Part shown: piece by piece, positions 49,833 through 60,240 of the stretch
Numbering within the stretch: position 1 is the first letter of the stretch
Layout: every line of letters starts with the position of its first letter
Assembly (NCBI GenBank): GCA_034189385.1
Contig: JAXHVD010000001.1
Location: 1 to 64,000 of the forward strand
DNA from: Thermodesulfobacteriota bacterium
GTDB taxonomy: Bacteria > Desulfobacterota > Desulfobacteria > Desulfobacterales > C00003060
DNA length: 64,000 bases
Reading direction: 5' to 3'
Program-made: the position numbers and the translations under genes
The notes under the pieces: model-generated
What the model saw: only the letters and a program-made list of their open reading frames with translations
Database searches by the model: none
What the model was told of the DNA's origin: nothing

Positions 49833-51238
49833 TACTTGATTAGAACTTTTGCTCCACCCTTATGATTCAGCCTTCTACCATCCTTGAAATAGAGGAAAAC
49901 CAAGGTACCCAGGGCGATTGTGCCCAATCCGAACAATGAGGTTATTGGTTTGCTCTTAATGGAAAAGTAGACAATCCAGATGTTGCCTAAGATGAATAGA
50001 AGGGGGGTGATGGGGTATCCGAAGGTCTTATAGTCTCTTTTCAAGTAGGGCTGTTTCATCCTAAGAAGGATCATCCCTATAACGGTGAACATAGCGCACA
50101 GGGAAAGGGTGAAGCCGATGTACAGCAAGAGCTTGTCAAAAGTTGTGGTGAATGCCATTGCAATAGCTATACCTGCTTGCAGCAATATGGCGTACGCAGG
50201 CGTTTTGTGGAGTTGGTTGACCTTGCCAAAGAGCTCGAAGAAAACGCCGTCTTTTGCCATGGCATAATAGACCCTTGGCCCAGCCATGATCATGGCGCTT
50301 AAGACAGAGAGTAGACCCACAGCAATGGCCCCGCTAAAATATTTACTCATATGGTCTCCGAAGAGGGAAACGGCAGATGTTGCTCCCACTTCCAGCACAC
50401 CGGTCATCTCATTTGTCGGAAGGGCGTAAATGTAAACAACGTTCAAAAGCAGATAAAGACACATGACCACAAATGTCCCGGTGAGAAGGGCAAGTGGGAT
50501 ATTCCTGCCCGGCCTTTTGATCTCTCCGCCAAGGTAAGCAGCGGCGTTCCACCCACTATAGGCAAAGGAGATGAAGATCAAAGAGATAGCAAACTTGTCT
50601 TGAAAGACTGAGCCTATGTCCAGCCCTCCGGCGAAATGGGCTGTAGAGCCGCTGCCCAGAAAAAGCCCCGCCGCGATAAAGACGGCAATGAGCCCGATTT
50701 TGAAAACGGTCAGTATGTTTTGCACCCTGCTGCCCAGGAAGACACTATGGTAGTGTATGAGTGAAACAACAACGATCACGGATGCTGCCAGTATGGTGAT
50801 CGGCGATATGGTGAGAACATGGATTCCCAACAGGGGAACGCTGTAACCCGAAATGGGAACGGCTGGCAGTAGACGGAAGGAATAAGTGGCAAAGGCGATG
50901 GAGGCTGCGGCAATGGGGGCAGAAAAGCCTACGATCAAAGAGATCCAGCCAGATAGAAAGGCCACGCCTTTGCCGAAGCTTTCTCGCAAGAAGATATACT
51001 CCCCACCTGCTTTGGGAAACATGGCTCCAAGCTCCCCATAGCAAAGGGCTCCGGATAACGCGAAAATTCCCCCAACAAACCAGCAAAGCAGCATGGTCTG
51101 AGGATTGCCGAGTTCGGCTATAATGAAGCCGGAGGTGGTGAATATCCCCGTCCCCACCATGTTGGCAATGACCAAGATCGTTGCCGTAAAAAAACCGATC
51201 TCTCTTTTCAGGCGGTGGTTATTTAAAGTATTTTTCAA
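49832..51238 (-). CDS. APC/LAT family amino acid permease
   Basis: MVGTGIF, YGELG..P.AGG.Y, FAYSGWN, GEIK.P.RN.P, PRVYYAMA.DG; start uncertain. Confidence 0.93.
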   Translation of the reverse strand: MKNTLNNHRLKREIGFFTATILVIANMVGTGIFTTSGFIIAELGNPQTMLLCWFVGGIFALSGALCYGELGAMFPKAGGEYIFLRESFGKGVAFLSGWISLIVGFSAPIAAASIAFATYSFRLLPAVPISGYSVPLLGIHVLTISPITILAASVIVVVSLIHYHSVFLGSRVQNILTVFKIGLIAVFIAAGLFLGSGSTAHFAGGLDIGSVFQDKFAISLIFISFAYSGWNAAAYLGGEIKRPGRNIPLALLTGTFVVMCLYLLLNVVYIYALPTNEMTGVLEVGATSAVSLFGDHMSKYFSGAIAVGLLSVLSAMIMAGPRVYYAMAKDGVFFELFGKVNQLHKTPAYAILLQAGIAIAMAFTTTFDKLLLYIGFTLSLCAMFTVIGMILLRMKQPYLKRDYKTFGYPITPLLFILGNIWIVYFSIKSKPITSLFGLGTIALGTLVFLYFKDGRRLNHKGGAKVLIK

Positions 51239-51296
51239 AGCTTCTCTTAGTAGCCGGGAACGACCCAAAACGCCAAGGCATGTTGAGCTGTCTCTT

Positions 51297-52280
51297 TCAT
51301 TGTTTGGTGAGGTCTAACCATTTGTAAGGGTTCGTCTCTGCTGTGGTCAATCTTTGCAGCATCTGGGGCGTTACGTCAAACTCTTTTACTACGCCTACGA
51401 AGGCATCGGGCCTTTCCAGGTAGGGGAGCATGCCCAACATGGTCTTCAGCTTGTCCATGTCCTTTCTTCTTGCCTTGTCCCAGTTGAAATCGAACACGAC
51501 GCCCTTTCCCTTGCCTTTCTTCTGGTTCCACACCACGAGAATTCCGGCGGGATTCTCAAATGCAATGTTCTTTTCTTGAGATTCTGTGAGCTTTTCCACA
51601 ATAAGGCTCTTCTTGCCTGCAGTGACGTCCAGGAGCATCTGCACGGCGTCTTCCTTGCAGAAGGCAGGGCTTGCGATCCAGGTATAGCGTTCTCCTTTTT
51701 TAAGGGGATATCTGTCCCTGATCACCTTGGCGATCATATATCCTGAGGAAACGCCCGCGCAGAGGTGATTGTGGAATTCGGCGCATTTCAATAGATCCTG
51801 CGGTGCACCGGAAGCCCAGGCGTGGGCAATAGTGCCAACAGTGAAGGCGTCTGGGGCAAGGGGACCGCCTACCTCCTTCCAAAACCCTGGCTTGGAAGTG
51901 ACCTCTAGGCCAAGGTCGTATTGCTGCGTCTGCACCTTATCCCCGTCGCAGTCTATCACAAAGCATTGTTTGTTCTCCTTGCGAAAGAGGGCTATTTTCA
52001 ACGGGTGGCACGTGGCCCTGTGGAAAAACAGAAGATTGCCCTTGCCAACCGAGCACCCAGTTTCTTCTTGGATCACATCGACATAGGCTTCCGATGTCTT
52101 CCCGTTGACCCTCACATAGGTGGCGTCCGTTATGGCGCAGAGCTCTGTGCTCCCCTTATCAGCCTTCAGCTCTTTGAGCCCTTTTTTTATAGCATCCCTG
52201 ACATTGGCGGCGTGCACATTGCTGCTGACAACTAAGCATAAGGTTGCGGCCACGGCGATGAGTCGGATTGTTCGATTCAT
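51297..52280 (-). CDS. Exported FmdE family protein
   Basis: Signal peptide; FHNHLCAG..SG and CKEDA metal motifs. Confidence 0.85.
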   Translation of the reverse strand: MNRTIRLIAVAATLCLVVSSNVHAANVRDAIKKGLKELKADKGSTELCAITDATYVRVNGKTSEAYVDVIQEETGCSVGKGNLLFFHRATCHPLKIALFRKENKQCFVIDCDGDKVQTQQYDLGLEVTSKPGFWKEVGGPLAPDAFTVGTIAHAWASGAPQDLLKCAEFHNHLCAGVSSGYMIAKVIRDRYPLKKGERYTWIASPAFCKEDAVQMLLDVTAGKKSLIVEKLTESQEKNIAFENPAGILVVWNQKKGKGKGVVFDFNWDKARRKDMDKLKTMLGMLPYLERPDAFVGVVKEFDVTPQMLQRLTTAETNPYKWLDLTKQ

Positions 52281-52299
52281 TTTAAATCCTCTATCGTCT

Positions 52300-53061
52300 C
52301 TAAAGACCAATCGTCAAAGATGCGCGATAGGAGTAATCATCACATTCGGCCTTGTCTGGATAAGACTCCTTGTGAGTGGTCGTGAACAGCCAGGGCCCCT
52401 TGGCAGTGAGCTTGATCTGGACAAGGCCATCGGCATTGGTCTCCGCCTCCTGAGCCCAGTGATGCTTCTCTTCTGTAAAGCCTTCGTAAACTGCGCTGAG
52501 GGTTGCACCTGAAAGGGGTTTTCCTTCAAACAGGACCTTTAGGGGCAAGGTGTCGCCGACTTTAAGATCGGCAGGCGATGTCATGGCCACGATTTCCAGT
52601 GGATTTTGAGTCCTCTCTGAGAGATCTGCCTTCTTATCCCCGACGGTGATGAGCGCTTTGGCGCTCATCCTAAAGGCAAAGCAGTAGGGCGCGTCGGGAA
52701 AGTCGTTCTTGTTACCGAGCTTGTGACCATCTGCGGTCCTGGAGACAAAACCGGGCTTGACTGCGGCAACGATCTCATAGGCCCCTTTGGTCTTGGGGGT
52801 AAACTTGTAAAAGGAAGGAAAGATCTGTTCAAGCGGCAATTCTTTTCCCTTCGGATCCAGGGCGTAGACGCGGTCAAGGCGGCCCTTTTTTAGGATCTCA
52901 TCGCGGGGATACTTGTGCCCGAATCCGAGCTCGATCCATATGGTCTCTCCTGCCTCGGGAGCATATTTGCTTGCATTGAGCCAAAACATATGCGCCTGGG
53001 CTGAAGCAGCTATCCAGACAGGTAATAAGGCCAGCGCCACAACAACGTACCATTTTCTCAT
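52300..53061 (-). CDS. DUF4198 family periplasmic protein (metal-uptake associated)
   Basis: AQA|HMFWL, GH.YP, LEIV...P....GD....VLF.GKPL, T.ADG...G.W. Confidence 0.88.
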   Translation of the reverse strand: MRKWYVVVALALLPVWIAASAQAHMFWLNASKYAPEAGETIWIELGFGHKYPRDEILKKGRLDRVYALDPKGKELPLEQIFPSFYKFTPKTKGAYEIVAAVKPGFVSRTADGHKLGNKNDFPDAPYCFAFRMSAKALITVGDKKADLSERTQNPLEIVAMTSPADLKVGDTLPLKVLFEGKPLSGATLSAVYEGFTEEKHHWAQEAETNADGLVQIKLTAKGPWLFTTTHKESYPDKAECDDYSYRASLTIGL

Positions 53062-53199
53062 TTCCCTTTTCCTCCTTCTCTTTAACCTTGCTCAATCGTG
53101 TCTTTCTTTGAGCGGCCTGTCCATTAGATCTGCCCAGGCAGAGTAAACTCGAAGCCGAGGCCGCTGTCCAGCTTTTTCTTGACTGTTGGCTGACGGGCG

Positions 53200-54081
53200 C
53201 TAACTTGCGGTCTTGTAACGCTTCGTCAAAAAATCTCCCACATAGATCAGGTGTTCAAATGGCAGCTTGCCCCCCGTCTCCCTCACAATCGTGTCAAGGG
53301 TGCCGCAGACAACCTTTTCTTTGTCCTTATAACCGGCATAGAGCACAATGGCTATAGGCGTTTCAGGGGGATAGTGGGTTTTCAGTTTGTCCACGACCTT
53401 TTCCAAGTCCAGGAACATGGTAAAAAAGACCATGGTGGCCTGGTGACGAGAGAGTTCTTCAATGCTGTCAGGTCCGGCATATTCCTCCCGTCCAAAGGAG
53501 GCCGTCAGGATGACCGAATGGGCCTTGACTCCTCGCGTCACGCCCTTGACCAGAGCCGCGTTGGCGGCATTGAAACAGCTTATACCGGGAACAATCTGAG
53601 GATCCAGATCTTCAAAGGCCTCCGCATACCACATATTCGGGCCATAGATCGTAGGGTCTCCGCTGCAAAGCACAGACACCACCTTGCTTTCTTTCACTGC
53701 CGTGCGAACAATCTTTGTGATGTCGTCAAAGGCCTTCATCTTCTCTTCATAACGGAATCGTTTATTCCTTCTTGCCTCCTCAGGAGACTTGCCATAGATG
53801 GCAAATATTCCAAAACCGGGATCATGGATTTCCTTCCCCTGCAAAAGGTCGGGAAATTGGTCTGGTATTTCTTTTCTGCAAAAGATGATGTCCGATCCCT
53901 TGATCGTGCTGACTGCGCGCAAGGTGAGGTTATCTGCGTCGCCACTGCCCATGCTGACGAGATAAAGCCCCGACTTCAACGTAGCTGGCTTCTTGTCCGG
54001 GCCGCAACCGACGGTGAGCATCATGAGGAAAACTGCTAGGGTGGTGATACCTATCCAACTGTGAACAAGGAACCTGTGCAT
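53200..54081 (-). CDS. Tetrapyrrole (precorrin-4/CobM-like) methylase homolog with lipoprotein signal
   Basis: LTVGC lipobox; GSGD...LTLRA, SGDPTIYG, VPGISCFNAANAAL, Y...TPIAIV..AG. Confidence 0.85.
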   Translation of the reverse strand: MHRFLVHSWIGITTLAVFLMMLTVGCGPDKKPATLKSGLYLVSMGSGDADNLTLRAVSTIKGSDIIFCRKEIPDQFPDLLQGKEIHDPGFGIFAIYGKSPEEARRNKRFRYEEKMKAFDDITKIVRTAVKESKVVSVLCSGDPTIYGPNMWYAEAFEDLDPQIVPGISCFNAANAALVKGVTRGVKAHSVILTASFGREEYAGPDSIEELSRHQATMVFFTMFLDLEKVVDKLKTHYPPETPIAIVLYAGYKDKEKVVCGTLDTIVRETGGKLPFEHLIYVGDFLTKRYKTAS

Positions 54082-54199
54082 TCAAGCCTCCTTTTTGGAA
54101 TTGTTTGCCCGGTCTCACGTGACCTGGTATCTCTGTTTTTTCACTATAGGTCGCCGAAGTTTAGATCCTGGCTGTGATCCGGTTTTCAAGAAGTGTGTA

Positions 54200-56263
54200 T
54201 CACAGCCTGACTTCGATCCCGCCGTAGAACATGCGATCCGGCATGGGATACTCGTAGTCTTCTTCGTAGTCCTCATCCAATATATTCTCGCAGCCCACAA
54301 AGAGATAGGCCGTGTCCTGGATAATAGGATAGGTAATGATGCCGTTAAGGAGGAAATAGCTATCCATTTTTCCCGTTGCAGCAGTGCTCAGGTCCGACTC
54401 CCCTAAAGGGACCTCCCGGGAATCCACCCATTTCAAGGTCAGCTTTGCCAGCAACCCGTTATCCCTGTGGTAGGCAATGCCAATATTGAATTTGTGATCG
54501 GGCAGCTCGCTGATCTCATCTGAGACATTGGTGAGATCCAGGATGTCGCCCTCCTTGTCACTGGTTTGAAAGGTGTAATTGGCAAATAGAGAGACATTGT
54601 CATGAATCTGTGATTCCAGGTCCAGCTCGAAGCCTGTCAGTTCAACATTGTCGATATTGTAGACCACGCGGCTTGGCTTGTAGCCGAAGATCCATCTTAA
54701 GTAATCATCAATATCATAGTAATAGACCTTCGCCGACAGGGTCGTGTTCCTGATGCCCTTATAAGTGGCTCCTATTTCGTACTGCATGGCGTCTTCAAAG
54801 GTGAGGCTTTTTCTGTCAGGCGGCTGGTATCCGTTGTAGTACCAGTAGTACTTGGGAAGGGTTGGGAAATTAACGGCCCTTGCCACAGTAACAAAGGTCT
54901 CAAGATCGGATGTGGGAAAATAGAAGAGGCCGAACTTGGGAGAGACGGGGGTGTCTTCTATCACCTCAGCGTCCTCGTCATCGTCGCCCTTGTAGTCGTC
55001 CACCCTAAGACCCAGGTAAATGTCCAGATTCGACAATGCAGACCAGCGGTCCTGGATGAAACCTGAGTTGACCTTGGAGAGTTCATGCTTGTCCCCGGAG
55101 TTCTCGAAGGTGCCCGAAAGGAAGGTTGTGTCCACATACTTGTAGGTCGTTCCTCCATAGCCCAGGTAATTCCCCTCGACCCCAGCCTTCAGGGCATGGT
55201 CTGACAGGATCTTTTCACTTTTGAGACTCCAGCCCCAGGAGTAGTCTGACGGACAGTCCCTCTCCAGGGCAAGATACCCCGTGGCACGCTCAGAGATGTA
55301 GTCCGTGCGGTCTTCATCGTTGAGGTAATACCGTGCCTGCCAGTCGACCCCCAGCAAGCTCTTTTCCACGAGAACGTCCCATTCATATCTCTCCTTCCAA
55401 TAATAGCTTTCATCTCCGTGGGTTGTGCCCCCCTTCCATCTAAAGCCTGGTCCCACAAGCCGGTCTCCGGTGCTTTCCGGGTAGTCGTTATCGTAATAGG
55501 GCGAATCCTTCTGGTTCTCAACAATCATGCCGTACTCTCCCTCGTTGTAGCGTAACCCTGCCTTGAGCTTACCGTCACCAGGTAAATAGTAAGTGAGAGA
55601 GAGGGAGGCATCTTTTCTCTCCAGAAAATTATTTCGGAGATACCCATCGCTTTCACGATAACCGCCGCCTGCCACCAATCCAAATTGCCCTATCCGTTTT
55701 GAAATCAATGCCTGGGTATCATAGGTATAATACTCTTTGGCCCCTGCTCCCAATACGACCTCCAGTTCTTCCGATGGCTCCTTGGGGACAATGTTCACCA
55801 CACCGCCCAGGGTATTGCCATATTCGGCTAAGGCGGCCCCTTTTATGACCTCAATGCTTTCCACATCCTGAAGGGAAAGCATGCTCCAGTCCACGAAGTA
55901 GCCTCCACGCACGCCTGCACCGGTCAGTGGCCTGCCGTCAAGGTTCACAACGTACCTGTGCTCATCTAGCCCTCGTATTTTCACCATAGACCCGTCGGGC
56001 GTGCCGAGGCTCTGCCTGCCGATGTCGATGCCGGACATGGTGTCCAGGACATCTACTGCCGTGGCACCGACCTGATAGGTGGATTCTTGAACAGGTACCT
56101 CCACTGTCAGCTCGTCCATCGCCTTGGGGGCAGTGACCACAATATGTTCTAGCTTGACAGGTTCTTCATCTCCATCCATTGTCTCTTCCGCCCAGCTCGT
56201 CTGGGCCAGGAGCAAAAACACCATTGCCACAAAGACAGAAACCAGTTTCAACCTCTTCATCAT
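54200..56263 (-). CDS. TonB-dependent outer-membrane receptor
   Basis: Signal peptide, IVVTA, IRGL, IEVIKG....YG..LGGVVNI, ENILDEDY, R.FYGG.E..L. Confidence 0.95.
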   Translation of the reverse strand: MMKRLKLVSVFVAMVFLLLAQTSWAEETMDGDEEPVKLEHIVVTAPKAMDELTVEVPVQESTYQVGATAVDVLDTMSGIDIGRQSLGTPDGSMVKIRGLDEHRYVVNLDGRPLTGAGVRGGYFVDWSMLSLQDVESIEVIKGAALAEYGNTLGGVVNIVPKEPSEELEVVLGAGAKEYYTYDTQALISKRIGQFGLVAGGGYRESDGYLRNNFLERKDASLSLTYYLPGDGKLKAGLRYNEGEYGMIVENQKDSPYYDNDYPESTGDRLVGPGFRWKGGTTHGDESYYWKERYEWDVLVEKSLLGVDWQARYYLNDEDRTDYISERATGYLALERDCPSDYSWGWSLKSEKILSDHALKAGVEGNYLGYGGTTYKYVDTTFLSGTFENSGDKHELSKVNSGFIQDRWSALSNLDIYLGLRVDDYKGDDDEDAEVIEDTPVSPKFGLFYFPTSDLETFVTVARAVNFPTLPKYYWYYNGYQPPDRKSLTFEDAMQYEIGATYKGIRNTTLSAKVYYYDIDDYLRWIFGYKPSRVVYNIDNVELTGFELDLESQIHDNVSLFANYTFQTSDKEGDILDLTNVSDEISELPDHKFNIGIAYHRDNGLLAKLTLKWVDSREVPLGESDLSTAATGKMDSYFLLNGIITYPIIQDTAYLFVGCENILDEDYEEDYEYPMPDRMFYGGIEVRL

Positions 56264-56393
56264 TAACCTCCTGATTACCTCCTGACATCCTGCCCCTCGT
56301 CCAAGACCAGCGTGGCCCGCGTAGTAGCAGACAGTGCACAACAAACCATTTGAGGCCTCGCTCAGACCCACGTAGCTTCCTTTTGCTCTCTTC

Positions 56394-57080
56394 TTATGTG
56401 AGCTCAAAGACCATGGTGAGTTCCAGGGGTATCTCGCCCCTGAACAGTTGTCGAGGCGGTTTCGGGAAAGGGGCGGCATCTCGGACGGCCCTGAGGGCCG
56501 CGTCATCCAAGGCGCAACAGCCGGAGGCCTTGGCCAGCGTCAAGGCTTGGACTTCGCCTTTAGGGGTAATGACAAAGCGTATTACGACCTCTCCTTCTAT
56601 TTGTCGCAATCTTGCTGTGTCAGGGTATTGCTTATGTCTTTCTACCTGGAATCTTACCATGTCGAAGTAGCTACGGGAGGTTGCATAATCGACGGCATTC
56701 TGTGTCAAATCCACGGGGTCCCAACTGGCTACGTCCAACTTGGGCATGGCCGGAATATTCGGCGTGGCTATTGGTTCCACAAGACTTTCGGGCTCAGCCC
56801 TTTCAACCGGTTCCATTTTCGGGGGCTTCAGCCGGGGAATGACTGGCTGGGTGGCCTGCAATCTCTTTATGTCCTGCTGTTCAGGCGGTGTCTTGGGCCT
56901 GTGGCGCGGCCTGGGAATGCTTCTTGAGAAGGGTTTAGACAGGTCTTCAACGGTCAACTCAATGTAGCTCAGGGCATTTGACGTATAGATCCCCGATACG
57001 TGCAGAAAAAGGAGAAGATGTATACAAGCAGAAAAGCCGATCAGACTGCGAAGAAGCCAGTTTGGCTTTCTATTACTCAT
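56394..57080 (-). CDS. tonB: Energy transducer TonB
   Basis: S..IH TM helix, Pro-rich linker, YP..AR...EG.V, LD.AAL.AV..A.PFP.PP. Confidence 0.93.
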   Translation of the reverse strand: MSNRKPNWLLRSLIGFSACIHLLLFLHVSGIYTSNALSYIELTVEDLSKPFSRSIPRPRHRPKTPPEQQDIKRLQATQPVIPRLKPPKMEPVERAEPESLVEPIATPNIPAMPKLDVASWDPVDLTQNAVDYATSRSYFDMVRFQVERHKQYPDTARLRQIEGEVVIRFVITPKGEVQALTLAKASGCCALDDAALRAVRDAAPFPKPPRQLFRGEIPLELTMVFELT

Positions 57081-57089
57081 GGTTCACCT

Positions 57090-57497
57090 CTACAATTCCT
57101 TTTCAGTAGCCAGGCAAAGCCTCCCGGCCCCAGCGGCCTTGGCGATGTCCATCACCTTTACGGCCTTATTCAGGATGACCGCACGGTCAGCTCGAATAAC
57201 GACTAATTTGTCTTCCCGGTTTCTCATCATCTCCGTCAGCCGGTCAAAAAGGCTGCCAAGAGAGACTTCTTCGGCACCGAGGAAGGCCCTGCCTTGCTCA
57301 TCCACGTATACGGTAACCACTTCCTCGGTTTGAGGGGCAGCAGCCTTGGCCTGAGGCAGCTTGATCTTGATGCCCTCCTCCACCATAAAATTGGTGGTCA
57401 AGAGAAAGTAGATAAGAAGGAGAAAGACAATATCAATGAGCGACGTCAGGGGCACCTGCGGCGCAATACGGTTTCTGCGTTTAGGATGCACGAGCAT
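57090..57497 (-). CDS. exbD: Biopolymer transport protein ExbD
   Basis: LIDIVFLLLIYF, LP.A, IRAD, V.VMD. Confidence 0.93.
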   Translation of the reverse strand: MLVHPKRRNRIAPQVPLTSLIDIVFLLLIYFLLTTNFMVEEGIKIKLPQAKAAAPQTEEVVTVYVDEQGRAFLGAEEVSLGSLFDRLTEMMRNREDKLVVIRADRAVILNKAVKVMDIAKAAGAGRLCLATEKEL

Positions 57498-58191
57498 GAT
57501 GACTTTCCTTCAGGGTTGGTTCTGTGCAGACAGGACGAACGACGCTCTTTGCCGGGCTCTGCTGGACATGTCCTGTGTGGTTTCCCGGCCGCTTGCCTAT
57601 GGCCTTGATGAAGGTCACGATCCCGTCGCGGAGTTGGGCCTCGTATCGGTCCACCCTGGAGACCAGGTAGCTATGGGCCACCATGGTGGGAAGGGCTACG
57701 GCCAGACCCAGGGCCGTGGTGAGCATGGCCTCCCAGATGCCTCCGGCAAGAACGGCTGCATTGACCTTGCCCCCCATTTGCTGAATCACCATGAATGCCT
57801 TGATCATGCCCAAAACGGTTCCCAAAAGACCCAAAAGCGGAGCGATGTTTCCAATGGTTGCCAGTGCTTGGAGGTACCGGGAGAGTCCTCTCACTTCCTC
57901 CTCTGTAGAGTGAACAATGACCGTCTCCAGGGTTTCACGGTCTTGATCCACCACCTCTATGGCGTGGGCCAAGATCCGGCCCATGGGAGACCCGCTTCCG
58001 CCTGCAAGTGTTAGTGCCTCCTTGTGCTCACCTTTCCTGATGTGGTGGGCGACATTTCTCACCAACCCAAAGCCTCGAATCTTGACCTTGGCAAAACGGA
58101 TAAGCCTTTCCAAAAAGATCGCCAGAGCGAGGACGGAACACGTTAAAATGGGCCCCACCAAGATGCCCCCTTTTGCGAGAAAGTCCATCAT
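57481..58191 (-). CDS. exbB: MotA/TolQ/ExbB proton channel
   Basis: APLLGLLGTV.GMI.AF, GI.EA..TTA.GL.VA. Confidence 0.93.
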   Translation of the reverse strand: MMDFLAKGGILVGPILTCSVLALAIFLERLIRFAKVKIRGFGLVRNVAHHIRKGEHKEALTLAGGSGSPMGRILAHAIEVVDQDRETLETVIVHSTEEEVRGLSRYLQALATIGNIAPLLGLLGTVLGMIKAFMVIQQMGGKVNAAVLAGGIWEAMLTTALGLAVALPTMVAHSYLVSRVDRYEAQLRDGIVTFIKAIGKRPGNHTGHVQQSPAKSVVRPVCTEPTLKESHHARAS

Positions 58192-58251
58192 GTTGTTAAG
58201 CCTCCTGTATCCATAGTTCCATAGTAACGTTAGAACTTGAGATAAGCCCCT

Positions 58252-60075
58252 TTAGCCCTCTGCCGAGGTCTTTTCCTCCACAGCGGGCGTGTCCACCGTG
58301 TCTGGTTCCCCATCGAAATTCAGATCTCTTGACCGCTTTACCAGGGCCTCTGACTGGTCGTATTCCTCCCACAGATCTGGTTTCCCATCGCTGTTGGTAT
58401 CTTCCTCCACGCTGGTGAGGTTCCCCTTGTCGTAGTAATACCAAGTGTCCAGGCGGCCATCTCCGTCGGTATCCTTTTCCGCCCGGATCGCCTCTTGAGA
58501 GTCGTTGTAATGCCAGGTGATGGTCAGGCGCCCGGCCCCCTCGTCATCTTCCTCGCTCTTTGTAAGCTTGCCGTCAGCATCATATTGCTCTCTTAGGTTG
58601 AGGCATCCGTCACTGTCTTCATCGATCTCTCTTGACCGTAACGTCCCGTCCTGATAGCAGTAACGACCCTCAGGCTTGCCGTCACCATTGGCGTCCAGCT
58701 CGGTCACCATGGACCAGGGAGGTCTCTTGAACCACTGGGTGATCTCAAAGCGGCCGTCACCGTCTTTGTCTTGAATCAGTTTCTGTTTCTTACCCTTGTC
58801 GTAAAAGACTTTCAGGCTCACCCTCCCACCGCCTGTGGGGTCTCTCTCCATCCTCGCCAGCGCTCCCTCTTCATAGTACTCCCGGGTGTCGATGGTTCCA
58901 TTGAGGTCCGTGTCGCTTTCCACACGCTCCTTTTCGTGTTTGGCGTTAAAGTAGATGGTTACGTCCGGCCTCCCATCTTTATTGTTGTCCCGGCTCTGCA
59001 AGGCAGGCTGGCCGTTCTTAAAGAGGGTCGCGGTTTCTTTGAAGCCATCCCCGTCTCCGTCATGGACCATCTTGACGGGCTCCCCTTTGCTATAGGTCGT
59101 AATCCGGTCGATCTGGCCCGTATGGCTGGTGTCTTCCTCCATCTTTTCCGCATGGCCCTGGGCGTCAAAATGGATGAACACGTCCTTTCTGCCATCAAAA
59201 TTCGTATCCTTTTCCTGATAGGTGGGCTGTCCTGCATCAAAGCGGGTGATGACGTCAAATTGTCCGTCGCGATTTCCGTCTTTCTTCTGTTCAACCGGCT
59301 CCCCGCCATCAAACCGAGTGACAAGCTCAAACCTACTGTCCTGGTCGGCATCCTTTTTCTGCTCCCACAACTCGCCCTGGCGATAGAGGCGGACCACCTC
59401 CATCTTACCGTCTCGGTCCAGGTCGTGACGGCTCTCTTTGGCAAGGCCCTCTTGGTCAAAAAGGGTGACCTTCTCGACCTGGCCGTCGCCGTCTTCATCC
59501 CTACGACTTTCAACAGGTTTGTCATCTTGAAAGGTCTGCCAGACGTTGACTCTCCCATCGCCATCGGTATCTTTGGAAGAAAGGGAGAGACGGCCTTCCC
59601 GGAAAACGTAGACGGTGTCGAACTTGCCATCTTGTGTCGTGTCTTTTTGCACTTTCAAGGGACGCTCTTGTGCATCAAAGGATATGATCTGTTCTACCCG
59701 GCCGGTCTGGGCAGAGGCACGTTCGCGTCGGATTCTTTTACCGCTTTTGAAATAGTCCCAAGTATCTACCTTGGTGTCATGATCGGTGTCTGTTTCGATC
59801 CGTTTGATTTGATCGCCTTCGTAGTACTGCCAGCGGTCCATGACCTGGTCTGCATTGCCGTCAATCTCCAGCTTGACAAGGGTCCCCTCTTCGTCAAAAT
59901 GGGCGACCTGGTCTATCTTCCCGTCCCCATCGCTGTCCTGCTCCACGACCTTGACCTCCCCAAGGAGGGGTATAGGCCAAAGGACAATGGCCAAGGCACA
60001 GATGACCGTGCAGACAATCCCACAGTGTTTGACGTAACATCCTGTCATCGCTTCTTTTTTTCTGAATGGGTCCAT
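58252..60075 (-). CDS. Exported protein of 23 tandem ~23-24-aa repeats with DxDxDG loops
   Basis: Signal-like N-terminus then repeats such as EKDTDGDGRLDTWYYYDKG. Confidence 0.85.
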   Translation of the reverse strand: MDPFRKKEAMTGCYVKHCGIVCTVICALAIVLWPIPLLGEVKVVEQDSDGDGKIDQVAHFDEEGTLVKLEIDGNADQVMDRWQYYEGDQIKRIETDTDHDTKVDTWDYFKSGKRIRRERASAQTGRVEQIISFDAQERPLKVQKDTTQDGKFDTVYVFREGRLSLSSKDTDGDGRVNVWQTFQDDKPVESRRDEDGDGQVEKVTLFDQEGLAKESRHDLDRDGKMEVVRLYRQGELWEQKKDADQDSRFELVTRFDGGEPVEQKKDGNRDGQFDVITRFDAGQPTYQEKDTNFDGRKDVFIHFDAQGHAEKMEEDTSHTGQIDRITTYSKGEPVKMVHDGDGDGFKETATLFKNGQPALQSRDNNKDGRPDVTIYFNAKHEKERVESDTDLNGTIDTREYYEEGALARMERDPTGGGRVSLKVFYDKGKKQKLIQDKDGDGRFEITQWFKRPPWSMVTELDANGDGKPEGRYCYQDGTLRSREIDEDSDGCLNLREQYDADGKLTKSEEDDEGAGRLTITWHYNDSQEAIRAEKDTDGDGRLDTWYYYDKGNLTSVEEDTNSDGKPDLWEEYDQSEALVKRSRDLNFDGEPDTVDTPAVEEKTSAEG

Positions 60076-60139
60076 ATTCCGCTCTTAGTACACGAGGCAC
60101 TTAACCCGCGTCTTGTGCGCACTTTGCCCCTTCCCCTAC

Positions 60140-60155
60140 AGCATCAAGTGTGCCA
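60140..60155 (-). promoter_or_regulatory. Sigma-54 promoter of TonB operon
   Basis: TGGCACACTTGATGCT (GG-N10-GC). Confidence 0.75.
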
Positions 60156-60240
60156 AGAGGTATGAAGTGAATAATCGCCATAAATTTTAAAGAGTTAGTC
60201 CAGTTAGCCCTTTCTTGAGGTCCTGTGTCAGAGGGCAAGT

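Noticed and set aside
56264..56393. Cobalamin riboswitch before TonB receptor
   Set aside because: No B12-box or GGGAA core seen.
58771..60165. 464-aa plus-strand ORF
   Set aside because: Antisense shadow of the repeat protein; same applies to other long antisense ORFs (31727, 47812, 53251).
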